A DNA stretch of 64,000 nucleotides from the NCBI GenBank assembly GCA_964432275.1, contig CAYSMH010000003.1:6718-70717 (forward strand). The letters are read 5' to 3'. The number at the start of each line of letters is the position of its first letter. Position 1 is the stretch's first letter. A program made the translations under genes and the position numbers. The notes beneath the pieces were generated by a model. The model was not told the DNA's origin. It worked only from the letters and a program-made list of their open reading frames with translations, and made no database searches. This document shows positions 49,365 through 59,984 of this stretch, one piece after another. The DNA comes from an uncultured Candidatus Saccharibacteria bacterium (GTDB lineage Bacteria > Patescibacteriota > Minisyncoccia > Phycocordibacterales > UBA9973).

Positions 49365-49685
49365 ATGAAAAAAATAGTGTTAATGGTGTTTTTCACGATC
49401 GCGCTAAGTCAGCAGTCGTGTAATGTACTCCGGCCATATTGCGTGAATGGACCTTTTCAACCAGACACATTTGTTGTTACGAGCCTTGCTTTTGATCGAC
49501 TATATCCGTACGCGTATATGGTAAATGATCAATATTACTGCGGGTGTGATCAATCAATCCCTTTTTCGTATAGCAACAGATGGCCCAACTATTGGGTGAT
49601 ACGAAATAGAATTCAAACACAAGGCTATGCCATTGTGTATCGTCATTTTGATCCGTGGTGGGGAGGATATGTTCTTTCATATTAA
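49365..49685 (+). CDS. Hypothetical putative lipoprotein
   Basis: MKKIV..QSC signal; own promoter and terminator. Confidence 0.5.
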   Translation: MKKIVLMVFFTIALSQQSCNVLRPYCVNGPFQPDTFVVTSLAFDRLYPYAYMVNDQYYCGCDQSIPFSYSNRWPNYWVIRNRIQTQGYAIVYRHFDPWWGGYVLSY

Positions 49686-49775
49686 TTTCTCAACGCTTCC
49701 GAAGGTATATTCGGTAAGCGTTTTTTATTTTGACTTTTAAATGTGGATGGCATAAGGTAGTAAAAATAGTAAATT

Positions 49776-50105
49776 ATGTACACGTTTATTCTCAGTCTAA
49801 AAGAACAACAAGTATTACAATTGATATGTGAAGACCATACAACTAAGGAGATAGGAAAAATCTGCAATATGAGTGGTAGAACTGTAGAGCACTATCGGTC
49901 GAATTTGAGAAAAGTTTTTAATGTAAAAACAATATCAGGCTTAGTGTATAAAGCTGTGAAGTTTGATTATTATCAAATAAACAATACAGTTCAAAGCGAT
50001 CTTGTTTTAATACTTTTTCATAAAATAGATCCTAAAATGTTACCTCCTGAACGTGCTGAAAATATTAAGAAAAAGCTTGAGGGTTTGCTTAGTCTTTTTT
50101 CGTAA
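49776..50105 (+). CDS. Stand-alone LuxR-type HTH protein
   Basis: LSLKEQQVL..TTKEIG..SGRTVEHYRSNLRK. Confidence 0.75.
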   Translation: MYTFILSLKEQQVLQLICEDHTTKEIGKICNMSGRTVEHYRSNLRKVFNVKTISGLVYKAVKFDYYQINNTVQSDLVLILFHKIDPKMLPPERAENIKKKLEGLLSLFS

Positions 50106-50191
50106 TCAATGTAAAAAAGTTGTATGAGTACTGAAAACAGCAGAAATTTCTGCTGTTTTGACTTTTTATATAAATATTGTATTGTTATATT

Positions 50192-50836
50192 ATGAAATTC
50201 CATTTTCTCACCATTTTTCCAGAAATGATCAACTCCTATATAGGCGAGAGTATTTTGAAGCGGGCTGCTGATAAAAAGATTGTATCGTTTGATGTGAAAA
50301 ATATTCGTGACTATTCCAAAGATCGTCACAACAAGACTGATGATCGTCCATATGGTGGTGGGCCTGGCATGGTCATGACACCGGAGCCGATACTCAATGC
50401 TTTTACTAAGCTTAAAACAAAAAAAGATGGCAAGGTAAAAGTCATTCAGCTTTCTCCCAGTGGTAAATTATTTGATAATGCAACCGCAAAGAAGTTTGCA
50501 AAGACGTACACCGACATTGTGTTTGTCTGTGGGCGTTATGAGGGGGTAGATGATCGTGTACGCAAAATATTGCGAGCAGATGAATACAGTATAGGACCAT
50601 ACACACTTACAGGTGGAGAGCTCCCAGCGCTTGCTATGACTGATGCTATAGCACGCCAGATCCCCGGAGTACTAGGTAAAGGGGAGTCAGTAGAAGAGAG
50701 TCGCATCGCGAGTCCTCGGGTGTACACTCGCCCAGAAAGCTTGATATATAAGGCTAAAAAGTATCGCGTGCCCAAGGTTCTGACTACCGGTGATCACAAG
50801 AAAATCGACGAATGGAGAAAAAAGCAGCAGAAATAG
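50192..50836 (+). CDS. trmD: tRNA (guanine-N1)-methyltransferase
   Basis: DDRPYGGGPGM, CGRYEGVD, SIG.Y.LTGGE. Confidence 0.95.
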   Translation: MKFHFLTIFPEMINSYIGESILKRAADKKIVSFDVKNIRDYSKDRHNKTDDRPYGGGPGMVMTPEPILNAFTKLKTKKDGKVKVIQLSPSGKLFDNATAKKFAKTYTDIVFVCGRYEGVDDRVRKILRADEYSIGPYTLTGGELPALAMTDAIARQIPGVLGKGESVEESRIASPRVYTRPESLIYKAKKYRVPKVLTTGDHKKIDEWRKKQQK

Positions 50837-50898
50837 GAAAGTATTGACTTTTATATCAATATATGTTAATATACATTCAAACCTTAAATCGATAGTAT

Positions 50899-51177
50899 AT
50901 GTCAAATAGAGATAGAAAATATTTTAAAAAATTAATAATAAAAGCAACAGGACCACTGTCTGTTGTACCGCCACCTGCAAAGGTTATTGTGCACCCAAGT
51001 GTGCATATAGAACCCACTGCAAAACCAGTGGATACCACAGATCCTTCAGATATGATCCCGTCAAAACCCAGTCTGTCAGAGCAAATGCGTGCCAGATACG
51101 AGTTATTCATGAACGATTGCCGTTCGATAGACCGCCGGGTTGATCTTTCAAAACAAAAATATACCGAGGGGGAGTAA
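50899..51177 (+). CDS. Hypothetical protein
   Basis: 92-aa ORF with TTGACT promoter upstream and hairpin downstream. Confidence 0.35.
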   Translation: MSNRDRKYFKKLIIKATGPLSVVPPPAKVIVHPSVHIEPTAKPVDTTDPSDMIPSKPSLSEQMRARYELFMNDCRSIDRRVDLSKQKYTEGE

Positions 51178-51393
51178 GCCAGATATGAGTACTTTGTGTT
51201 CATATCGAAGCCGTTTCGTTTACGAAGCGGCTTTTTTATTGACATACCTATATCTCTTTGGTACACTGCAATCCCTACAGATTACGGAAGAGTTGCGATT
51301 GATTGCTGTATTTTATTAGACGAGAGAGATAGAAAGCCTCCACCACAATGGTCGGATGGCGATTTTTGCGTTTATATACATTTTATATTACCC

Positions 51394-54300
51394 ATGAGTA
51401 AGACAAAACCTACGTCAACAAAGCGTCCAAAAAAGTATTTTTCTAAATACAAAGAACCATTGGTCGAATTTCCTAACCTTATTCAACACCAGATTGACTC
51501 GTACAACTGGTTGATCGAAAAAGGACTTAAAGAAGTTTTTAAGGAATTTACTCCAATCAACGATTACTCAGGCAAGAAGTTTCAGCTCGATTTGGTTTCA
51601 TTTCATTTGACACCACCGACATACGATGAACACTATGCCAAAGAAAACAAGCTTTCACTCGAAACAGCACTCAAGGCTCGCATCAAACTAACCAACAAAC
51701 AAACAGGATCTGAAAAAGAGCAAGAAATCTTTCTCTCTGATATTCCTGTGATGACCAATCATGGTACGTTCATCATCAATGGTGTTGAGCGATCTCTCAT
51801 TCCGCAACTCTCTCGTTCAAGTGGTGTATTTTTTACCGAGCTTGAAATAAAAGGCAAGCGGTTTTTCGGTGCAAAGATCATCCCAAACCGTGGTGTTTGG
51901 ATTGAGATAGAATCTGATCCGTCAGGTGAAGTATTTGTTCGTATCGACAAGAAGCGTAAGTTCTCTGTGATGACACTTTTGCGAGCTCTAGGACTTACCG
52001 AAGACGAACAGATTCTCAAGCAGTTCAAGGGTGAGACTGCGCAAGCGATCATCAAGGCTGCTATCGAAAAAGACCCTGTCAAAGATCAGGCAACTGCATT
52101 TGTTGAAATATATCGTAAGCTTCGTGATGGTGACCTCGCCAACGCCGACAACGCACGAGAGTTCGTCAACACACTCTTTGGAGACGAACGCTACGACCTC
52201 TCACAAGTTGGACGCTTCCGTTTCAACAAGCGTTTTGAGCTTGATATGAGCGACAAAGAAATGAATCGCAAGACACTCTCTGCTGCTGATATTGCAGTGA
52301 TTATTGCGCATATCATTCACCTCAACACTACTCCTGGCAGTCACCCAGACGACATCGACAACCTCTCATCACGACGCGTACGTTTTGTTGGTGAGCTCTT
52401 GCAATCCAAAATTCACATGGGCTTCACCCAGATCAAACGCAACGTGCAAGATCGTATGAGTACGATTGATGCATCTAATGCGCTCCCGATCCAGGTCGTC
52501 AACCAGCGACCATTGCAGGCTCGTATCAAAGAGTTCTTTACGACCAACCAACTTTCGCAGTTTATGGCGCAAGACAACATTCTCTCAGAGATTGAAGAGC
52601 TCCGTACAGTATCAGCACTTGGTCCAGGAGGACTGACTCGAGAGCGTGCCACACTTGAAGTACGCGATGTACACACTTCTCACTATGGTCGTGTGTGTCC
52701 CATTCACACTCCTGAAGGTCCAAACATCGGTTTGATTTTGCGTCTTGCTATTTATGCGCGAGTTAATGAGTTTGGTATTATCGAAACTCCATATGCAAAA
52801 GTAAAAGGAGGTAAAATCACTGATGAAATCGTGTACTTGAACGCAGCTGAAGAAGAAAAGTACATCATTGCACACGCAGGTATGCGTCAAGACAGTAGTA
52901 TGCTTCCTGACCGTGTTGAAGCTCGTATTCGTACATCACCAGGGATTGTTGATAAAAAAGATGTCGATTTTATTGATGTTGCACCAAACCAAGCGTTTTC
53001 TGTTGCGACCTCTATGGTGCCGTTTCTTGAACACAACGATGCAAACCGTGCATTGATGGGTAGTAACATGCAAAAGCAGGCAGTCCCAGTTATTCGTCCA
53101 GAAGCTCCGCTTGTGGCAACTGGCATGGAAGAACTCGCGGCTCCATACTCAGGACGTCTCGTAATAGCAGAAGAATCTGGTGAAGTAGTGGCAGTAGATG
53201 CAACAAAAGTTTCTATCAAAAATGATAAGACAGGCAAAGATCATATCTACTCACTTGTTAACTTCCAACGAACCAACTCATTCAACGCATTTCACCAGCG
53301 ACCAGTGGTCTCTCTCGGACAAAAAGTAAAGAAGGGTGACCTACTCGCTGACACATCTACAACTGATCAAGGGCAAATAGCGCTCGGACAAAACATGCGT
53401 GTTGCATTTATGTCATGGAACGGTAACAACTTCGAAGATGCGATCATTCTTTCTGAGCGATTGATCAAGGATTCCAAGTTCACTTCTATGTATATCGCAG
53501 AATTTACCTGTGTTGTACGCGATACTAAGCTTGGTCCAGAAATCACTACTCGTGATATTCCCAATGTTGGTGAAGCACGACTCAAAGATCTTGATGAAGA
53601 AGGTATTATTCGTGTTGGTGCAGAAGTAAAAGAAGGAGATATATTGGTCGGGAAAATCACTCCAAAGGGTGAGACAGAACTCACTCCAGAAGAACGACTT
53701 CTCCGAAGTATCTTTGCTGAGAAGGCACGTGATGTGAAAGATACATCGCTGAAAATGGATCACGGAAAACGGGGTCGTATCATTCGCGTCAAAGTATTCT
53801 CACGTGAACACGGACACACCCTTGAAAGTGGCGTTCTGAAAAAAATCGTGATTGAAGTTGCACAGCTTCGAAACATTTCAGTCGGTGACAAGCTCGCAGG
53901 ACGACACGGAAACAAAGGTGTTATTTCGGTTGTACTTCCTGAAGAAGACATGCCATACATGGCAGATGGTACACCAGTAGATGTGGTGCTTACTCCGTTG
54001 GGTGTTCCATCTCGTATGAACCTTGGACAAATTCTTGAAGTTCACTTGGGACTTGCAGCGCATGAGTTGGGCTACCAAGCAATCGTGCCACCATTTAGTG
54101 GTGCAACTGACGCTGAGATCAAGGCAGAACTCGTCACTGCAGGACTTCCAGAAAACGGTCTTGTACCACTATATGACGGTCGTACCGGAGAAAAGTATGA
54201 ACAAGATATTGCAGTAGGGTACATGTACATCTTGAAACTTCACCACATGGTAGAAGACAAGATTCACATGCGAAGTATTGGTCCATACTCTTTGATTACA

Positions 54301-54600
54301 CAGCAGCCACTCGGTGGTAAGGCACAAGGTGGAGGTCAGCGTTTCGGAGAAATGGAGGTCTGGGCATTGGAAGGATATGGTGCCGCGCACACACTTCGCG
54401 AAATGCTTACAATCAAGTCTGACGACATTCGCGGACGTGCAGCAACCTTTGATTCAATCATCAAAGGAGAACCGATTCGTGAGCCAAACACTCCCGCATC
54501 GTTTATGGTGATGTTGAACTATCTCCGTGGACTTGCGCTTGATGTCGAACTCAACTCGTCACATACACCATTATCAGCGGATGAAGAAATAACTGCATAA
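51394..54600 (+). CDS. rpoB: RNA polymerase beta subunit
   Basis: GDKLAGRHGNKG, KLHHMV, GGQRFGEME; ATG 51394 preferred. Confidence 0.97.
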   Translation: MSKTKPTSTKRPKKYFSKYKEPLVEFPNLIQHQIDSYNWLIEKGLKEVFKEFTPINDYSGKKFQLDLVSFHLTPPTYDEHYAKENKLSLETALKARIKLTNKQTGSEKEQEIFLSDIPVMTNHGTFIINGVERSLIPQLSRSSGVFFTELEIKGKRFFGAKIIPNRGVWIEIESDPSGEVFVRIDKKRKFSVMTLLRALGLTEDEQILKQFKGETAQAIIKAAIEKDPVKDQATAFVEIYRKLRDGDLANADNAREFVNTLFGDERYDLSQVGRFRFNKRFELDMSDKEMNRKTLSAADIAVIIAHIIHLNTTPGSHPDDIDNLSSRRVRFVGELLQSKIHMGFTQIKRNVQDRMSTIDASNALPIQVVNQRPLQARIKEFFTTNQLSQFMAQDNILSEIEELRTVSALGPGGLTRERATLEVRDVHTSHYGRVCPIHTPEGPNIGLILRLAIYARVNEFGIIETPYAKVKGGKITDEIVYLNAAEEEKYIIAHAGMRQDSSMLPDRVEARIRTSPGIVDKKDVDFIDVAPNQAFSVATSMVPFLEHNDANRALMGSNMQKQAVPVIRPEAPLVATGMEELAAPYSGRLVIAEESGEVVAVDATKVSIKNDKTGKDHIYSLVNFQRTNSFNAFHQRPVVSLGQKVKKGDLLADTSTTDQGQIALGQNMRVAFMSWNGNNFEDAIILSERLIKDSKFTSMYIAEFTCVVRDTKLGPEITTRDIPNVGEARLKDLDEEGIIRVGAEVKEGDILVGKITPKGETELTPEERLLRSIFAEKARDVKDTSLKMDHGKRGRIIRVKVFSREHGHTLESGVLKKIVIEVAQLRNISVGDKLAGRHGNKGVISVVLPEEDMPYMADGTPVDVVLTPLGVPSRMNLGQILEVHLGLAAHELGYQAIVPPFSGATDAEIKAELVTAGLPENGLVPLYDGRTGEKYEQDIAVGYMYILKLHHMVEDKIHMRSIGPYSLITQQPLGGKAQGGGQRFGEMEVWALEGYGAAHTLREMLTIKSDDIRGRAATFDSIIKGEPIREPNTPASFMVMLNYLRGLALDVELNSSHTPLSADEEITA

Positions 54601-54607
54601 CTCGTAT

Positions 54608-57600
54608 ATGAAAACACTTGATACAACAAATTTTGATTCTATTGTCTTGAAACTCGCGAGCCCAGAACGCATCCGCGAATGGTCATTCGGTGAAGTTACC
54701 AAGCCAGAGACGATCAACTACCGAACCTCACGATCAGAACGAGGAGGGCTCTTTGATGAGCGTATCTTTGGGCCTGAGAAAGACTACGAATGTTACTGTG
54801 GTAAATACAAGCGTATCCGATACGCAGGTATTGTCTGTGAAAAATGTCAGGTTGAAGTCACGCAGTCTATCGTTCGTCGTGAACGTATGGGACATATCGA
54901 ACTTGCAAGTCCTGTTGCACACATTTGGTTCCTTCGTGGTGTACCATCACGCATGAGTATTTTGCTCAACGTCTCACTCGCAGATCTTGAAAAGGTTGTG
55001 TACTTTGCAGGGTATATCATCACCGCAGTACATGAAGATGAGCGTGCGCGCGTAGTAGCAGACCTTGAAGCAGAGTTTAAAAACAAACTCAAAAACGCTG
55101 CTGATGAAGAAACTCGTGAGAAACTTCGTACACTACTTGCCAACACAAAAAAAGAAATTGCAGAAATCCGTGTAGGTAAAGTACTCAACGAACTTTCATA
55201 CCACCATTTCTCCCTTAAGTATGGTTCATCATTTGAAGCAAACATTGGTGCAGAAGCAGTGTTTCAACTGTTTCAGCAAATGGATCTTGAGAAGCTCAAG
55301 GCTCAGACCGAGAAATCTCTCGAAAAGACAAGTGCTGCAGAACGTGAGAAGTTGCAAAAGCGTCTTTCACTCTTGCGCTCTATGATCTACTCCAAGATTC
55401 GTCCTGAATGGATGTTTCTCTCGGTAATCCCCGTGATCCCTCCAGCGATCCGACCAATGGTTGCGCTCGAAGGTGGACGACATGCGACCTCTGACATCAA
55501 CGACCTCTATCGTCGTGTGATCAACCGCAACAACCGTCTCAAGAAACTCAAAGAAATCGGCGCACCAGATGTGATCTTGCGTAACGAAAAGCGTATCTTG
55601 CAAGAAGCAGTCGATGCACTCATCGACAACTCCATCGCAGGTCAAGATTCTCCTGCAATGTCACAAGCACAGCGACGTGCATTGAAATCTTTGTCTGATA
55701 ACTTGAAATCAAAGCAAGGATTGTTCCGACAAAACCTTCTTGGTAAGCGTGTGGACTACTCAGCTCGATCAGTGATCGTCGTTGGACCTCAGCTACGTTT
55801 GAATCAGTGTGGGTTGCCCAAGCATATGGCACTAGAACTTTTCCGACCATTTGTGATCTCCAAGATCATCGCTCGAGAACTCGCGTACAACATTCGCGGT
55901 GCTAACAAGCTCATCGAGGACGGAATCCCAGAAGTGTGGGCTATTCTTGAAGAAGTAATTCAGGGCAAATACGTTATGCTCAACCGTGCACCGACATTGC
56001 ACCGTCTTGGTATTCAGGCGTTTATGCCGGTACTGATCGAAGGTAACGCGATCCAAGTGCACCCGCTCGTTTGTCCTGCGTTCAACGCTGACTTCGACGG
56101 TGACCAGATGGGTGTCTACTTGCCACTTTCTGAAGCTTCACAAGCAGAAGCAAAAAACCTCATTGCTGCTGACAAAAACCTCTTGAAACCACAAAATGGT
56201 GATCCTATTGTTTCTTCGAAACTTCTCGATATCGTACTTGGATGTTATTGGATGACATCATCTGTTGATGGTGAAAAAGGTGAAGGAATGTACTTTGCAA
56301 GTCCTAATGAAGCTATTCTTGCAACAGATCACAACATCGTTTCGTACCGTGCCAAGATAAACGTACTTGGTACACGCAATGAAAAATATGAAGTATTTGG
56401 CGGAAAGCCATTTGAAACTACGGTCGGACGACTCTTGTTCAATGCTATTTTGCCTGCAGACTTCCCATACATGAACGAAGAAATGACATCAAAGAAAATG
56501 GTTGTTATCGTCGACAATCTCATTTCCAAGTATGGTGTTGATCCGATCGCTGCTATCTTGGACCGTATCAAAACATTTGGGTACAAATATGCAACGAAAA
56601 GTGGTGTTAGTTGGGGTATCGACAACGTGATTGTTCCTACAGAAAAACCAGCAATCATTGCAAAACACCGCGCAATGGAAGAAGAAGTGAAAGCTCAATT
56701 TGAAGAAGGTTTGCTTTCAGAAGAAGAACGATATCAAAATGTGCTTACTATCTGGAACAAAGCAAAGGCTGAGATCGAAAAAGTATTGCCTAACACAATT
56801 GCTAAGCACTCATCTGTCTATGACATGATTACTTCTGGTGCTCGAGGTACAGTCTCCAACGTAACGCAGATGGCGGGTATGAAAGGGTTGATTCAAAACA
56901 CGACTGGTCGTACGATCGACTTCCCGATTATTCCATCATACAAAGAAGGTCTTTCTCCGCTAGAGTACTTCATTACTACCCACGGTTCTCGTAAGGGTCT
57001 TGCTGACACTGCGCTCAACACTGCTCGTGCCGGGTACCTTACTCGTCGTCTTGTCGATGTCGCACAAGATGTGATTGTTACCGAAGATGATTGTGGTACC
57101 AAGAGCTCAAAGCGTGTCACCAAAGAAGTCATTTCAGGATTTGAGATCCCATTGTCTAAAAACATTCGTGGCCGTGTACTTGCCAAAGAAATAGTACTTC
57201 CTGATGGAACTACTATGTTCAAGCGTGGACACCTTATCACTCGTGATGAAGCACTCGAAGTAGAAGCACGTGGTGCAACCGAAGTATTTATTCGAACACC
57301 AATGATTTGTAAAACTGTATACGGTATCTGCCGACAGTGTTATGGTCTTGATCTTGGACGAAATGAGTTGGTAGAAAACGGCGCATCAGTTGGTATTGTT
57401 GCAGCGCAAGCGATCGGTGAACCAGGAACTCAGTTGACCCTTCGTACATTCCACGCCGGAGGTGTGGCGGGTGTTGACATTACCCAAGGTCTTCCTCGTG
57501 TCGAAGAAATCTTTGAACGACGTGATGTGAAAAACCCTGCTGTTGTTGCCAAGTATTCAGGTATGGTTAGTGAGATCAAGGACAACGGCGCTGAAAAGAT

Positions 57601-58231
57601 TATTTCAGTTATGTCTGAAAAATCTGAAACATCCAAAGAAAGTGTTGACTACACGATCAACCCACGTCGTATGCCTATCGTAAAGGTAGGGCAAGAAATA
57701 CAAAAAGGTGACTTGCTTACTGATGGTTCTGCAAACATTGATGAGGTATATCAGTACGGTGGCAAAGAAGCTGCAGAAGATTACATCATTCGCGAAATCA
57801 GTAAGGTGTACGAACTCCAAGGTGCATCGATTGCTCGTAAACATCTTGAGATTATCATTCGTCAAATGTTCTCACGCCGCAAGATCAAAGAAGCAGGGGA
57901 CACTTCATTCTCTCCTGGTGAAATCGTAGAAATGACTGAACTTCTTGAAGAGAATGGCAATATGAAGGCGCAAGGACTTCGTGAAGCAAAAGCAGATCTC
58001 ATTATCCTTGGTATTACACAGACCGCACTCCATGCCAAGAGTTGGATCTCAGCTGCCTCATTCCAAAATACTAACCGAGTTCTTATTCAAAACGCGGTTA
58101 AGGGTGGAGTAGATAACCTACGTGGTCTCAAGGAAAACGTTACTGTTGGACGATTGATCCCTGCGGGTACCGGATTTAAAGACCGCAAGGCACTTGCCGT
58201 CAACAAAGACGAAAACCGAGAACAAGAATAA
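54608..58231 (+). CDS. rpoC: RNA polymerase beta' subunit
   Basis: NADFDGD, Zn fingers, TQLTLRTFH. Confidence 0.97.
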   Translation: MKTLDTTNFDSIVLKLASPERIREWSFGEVTKPETINYRTSRSERGGLFDERIFGPEKDYECYCGKYKRIRYAGIVCEKCQVEVTQSIVRRERMGHIELASPVAHIWFLRGVPSRMSILLNVSLADLEKVVYFAGYIITAVHEDERARVVADLEAEFKNKLKNAADEETREKLRTLLANTKKEIAEIRVGKVLNELSYHHFSLKYGSSFEANIGAEAVFQLFQQMDLEKLKAQTEKSLEKTSAAEREKLQKRLSLLRSMIYSKIRPEWMFLSVIPVIPPAIRPMVALEGGRHATSDINDLYRRVINRNNRLKKLKEIGAPDVILRNEKRILQEAVDALIDNSIAGQDSPAMSQAQRRALKSLSDNLKSKQGLFRQNLLGKRVDYSARSVIVVGPQLRLNQCGLPKHMALELFRPFVISKIIARELAYNIRGANKLIEDGIPEVWAILEEVIQGKYVMLNRAPTLHRLGIQAFMPVLIEGNAIQVHPLVCPAFNADFDGDQMGVYLPLSEASQAEAKNLIAADKNLLKPQNGDPIVSSKLLDIVLGCYWMTSSVDGEKGEGMYFASPNEAILATDHNIVSYRAKINVLGTRNEKYEVFGGKPFETTVGRLLFNAILPADFPYMNEEMTSKKMVVIVDNLISKYGVDPIAAILDRIKTFGYKYATKSGVSWGIDNVIVPTEKPAIIAKHRAMEEEVKAQFEEGLLSEEERYQNVLTIWNKAKAEIEKVLPNTIAKHSSVYDMITSGARGTVSNVTQMAGMKGLIQNTTGRTIDFPIIPSYKEGLSPLEYFITTHGSRKGLADTALNTARAGYLTRRLVDVAQDVIVTEDDCGTKSSKRVTKEVISGFEIPLSKNIRGRVLAKEIVLPDGTTMFKRGHLITRDEALEVEARGATEVFIRTPMICKTVYGICRQCYGLDLGRNELVENGASVGIVAAQAIGEPGTQLTLRTFHAGGVAGVDITQGLPRVEEIFERRDVKNPAVVAKYSGMVSEIKDNGAEKIISVMSEKSETSKESVDYTINPRRMPIVKVGQEIQKGDLLTDGSANIDEVYQYGGKEAAEDYIIREISKVYELQGASIARKHLEIIIRQMFSRRKIKEAGDTSFSPGEIVEMTELLEENGNMKAQGLREAKADLIILGITQTALHAKSWISAASFQNTNRVLIQNAVKGGVDNLRGLKENVTVGRLIPAGTGFKDRKALAVNKDENREQE

Positions 58232-58232
58232 T

Positions 58233-59939
58233 ATGCAGACGGTCTTTGACGAAATCAAGGATCGTTTGCCTATTACTGACGTGCTCGCAAGCTATATCAC
58301 TCTGACTCCGTCTGGCACGCAGTACAAGGCAAAATGTCCATTTCACTCCGAACGTTCAGCATCGTTTTCGGTGTCGCCTGAGCGAGGGTTGTACTACTGT
58401 TTTGGCTGTGGTGCCAAGGGTGACATATTTACCTTTGTTGAACAGTTTGAGGGACTTGATCGCAAAGGTGCACTCAAGGTACTTGCAGATCGAGCAGGGG
58501 TTCAGTTGACACGCACCTTTGTTGAGCGTGCAAGCACTGATCCGCTCTATGACGTTCTTGAACGTACAACAACAAGATATCAACACGAACTCGCACGTGC
58601 TACTGTCGTAAAAGATTACTTGATTGCACGTGGACTTACTCAAGCTACGATTGATACATTTCGTATTGGGTATGCACCAGATGAGTGGCGCTATGTAGCA
58701 AACTCTTTGACTGACCAAGCCCAAGCAGTGGTTGGAGAGCGCGCCGGTCTTATTAAAAATACTCCAAAAGGGTACTACGACCGTTTCCGTAAACGGGTTA
58801 TGTTCCCACTTACTGACGCAAGTGGTCGTGTTGTAGGATTTTCGGGCCGGCTCTATCCTGTTGATCCGCAATCAGATGCCCAAAGCCCTAAATATCTCAA
58901 CTCTCCTGAAACAGAACTGTTCCAAAAGTCACGCATTCTCTTTGCTTTTGACAAGGCGAAAGCTGCGATTCGACAGCACAACTTTGCGATTCTAGTAGAA
59001 GGGCAAATGGATTGTGTACTCGCGCATCAGGCAGGTTTTCGCAATACTGTTGCAACTAGCGGTACCGCTGTTTCTGACGCGGCCGCAGCTGACCCAACTG
59101 CAAATTTAGTAGTACTTTCACGATTGACGCCCAATGTTTTTCTTGCATTTGATGGAGATGCTGCAGGACAAAAAGCGCTTGATCATGCAGCTATTGTTGC
59201 ATTGGGGTTAGGGATGAATCCTCGTGTTGTGCCGTTACCTACCGGAGTAGATCCTGCAGACTATATTCAGGCGCATGGTGCAGCTGGGTGGAAGGCACTG
59301 TTGAAAGAAAGTCAGCATTTCATTATTCATCAGTTGCGTTCGATTACCCGTCACAACGTTTCTCCGCATACACTCGTACAGACCCTCAAGGATCGATTGT
59401 TCCCATTTCTCATCAAGATTACCTCACCCGTTGAGCAGGGAAGTTATATTGAAGCTATCGCCAAAGAACTTGATATACCCAAGTCAGATATTGCTCGTGA
59501 ACTCATGCTCTTTGCTGCAGCAAAACCACAAACAGAACAAATACCTGTCGACACGATCGCTCGAGAAACAGTCACACTTCCTGAGAGATTCTTGGCTTTA
59601 TCGATCAAATATCCTACCCCTGTTGCAATAGAAACACGTAAAGCGCTCGAATCGCTATCATTTGATGATCAGCAATTTGCCTTTCCGGTAGTTGACGCAG
59701 ACCGCATGACGGAACTTGAGGTATTGGTTGAGAGAGAGTACGGTACGTTAGTACCTGGTGAGCGAGACATGTTGATACAAGAGCTTGGTGAAAAGATTCG
59801 CGCCACATTTGAATCGACTCTTCGTCGAACATTGAGCAAAAAACTTGAGCAAGCAGAGCGTGACGGCAACGAAGAAGCTGTTCAGCTATTGATGACCACA
59901 TTACACACACTCAACCAACGCCGTCATGGTGCGCCATGA
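58233..59939 (+). CDS. dnaG: DNA primase
   Basis: CPFH..CFGC, KYLNSPET, EGQMD, FDGDAAG. Confidence 0.95.
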   Translation: MQTVFDEIKDRLPITDVLASYITLTPSGTQYKAKCPFHSERSASFSVSPERGLYYCFGCGAKGDIFTFVEQFEGLDRKGALKVLADRAGVQLTRTFVERASTDPLYDVLERTTTRYQHELARATVVKDYLIARGLTQATIDTFRIGYAPDEWRYVANSLTDQAQAVVGERAGLIKNTPKGYYDRFRKRVMFPLTDASGRVVGFSGRLYPVDPQSDAQSPKYLNSPETELFQKSRILFAFDKAKAAIRQHNFAILVEGQMDCVLAHQAGFRNTVATSGTAVSDAAAADPTANLVVLSRLTPNVFLAFDGDAAGQKALDHAAIVALGLGMNPRVVPLPTGVDPADYIQAHGAAGWKALLKESQHFIIHQLRSITRHNVSPHTLVQTLKDRLFPFLIKITSPVEQGSYIEAIAKELDIPKSDIARELMLFAAAKPQTEQIPVDTIARETVTLPERFLALSIKYPTPVAIETRKALESLSFDDQQFAFPVVDADRMTELEVLVEREYGTLVPGERDMLIQELGEKIRATFESTLRRTLSKKLEQAERDGNEEAVQLLMTTLHTLNQRRHGAP

Positions 59940-59984
59940 TAGGTTGACTTTAGTTCTATTTTTAGTAATGTAAAGTGATACTGT

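Noticed and set aside
51196-51393. Longer rpoB start given by the ORF track
   Set aside because: It spans a terminator, promoter and leader; RpoB-like sequence begins after ATG 51394.
8772-59939. Alternative genetic code (UGA=Gly as in Gracilibacteria/Absconditabacteria)
   Set aside because: Conserved genes are full length under code 11, RF2 is present, and dnaG ends in TGA.
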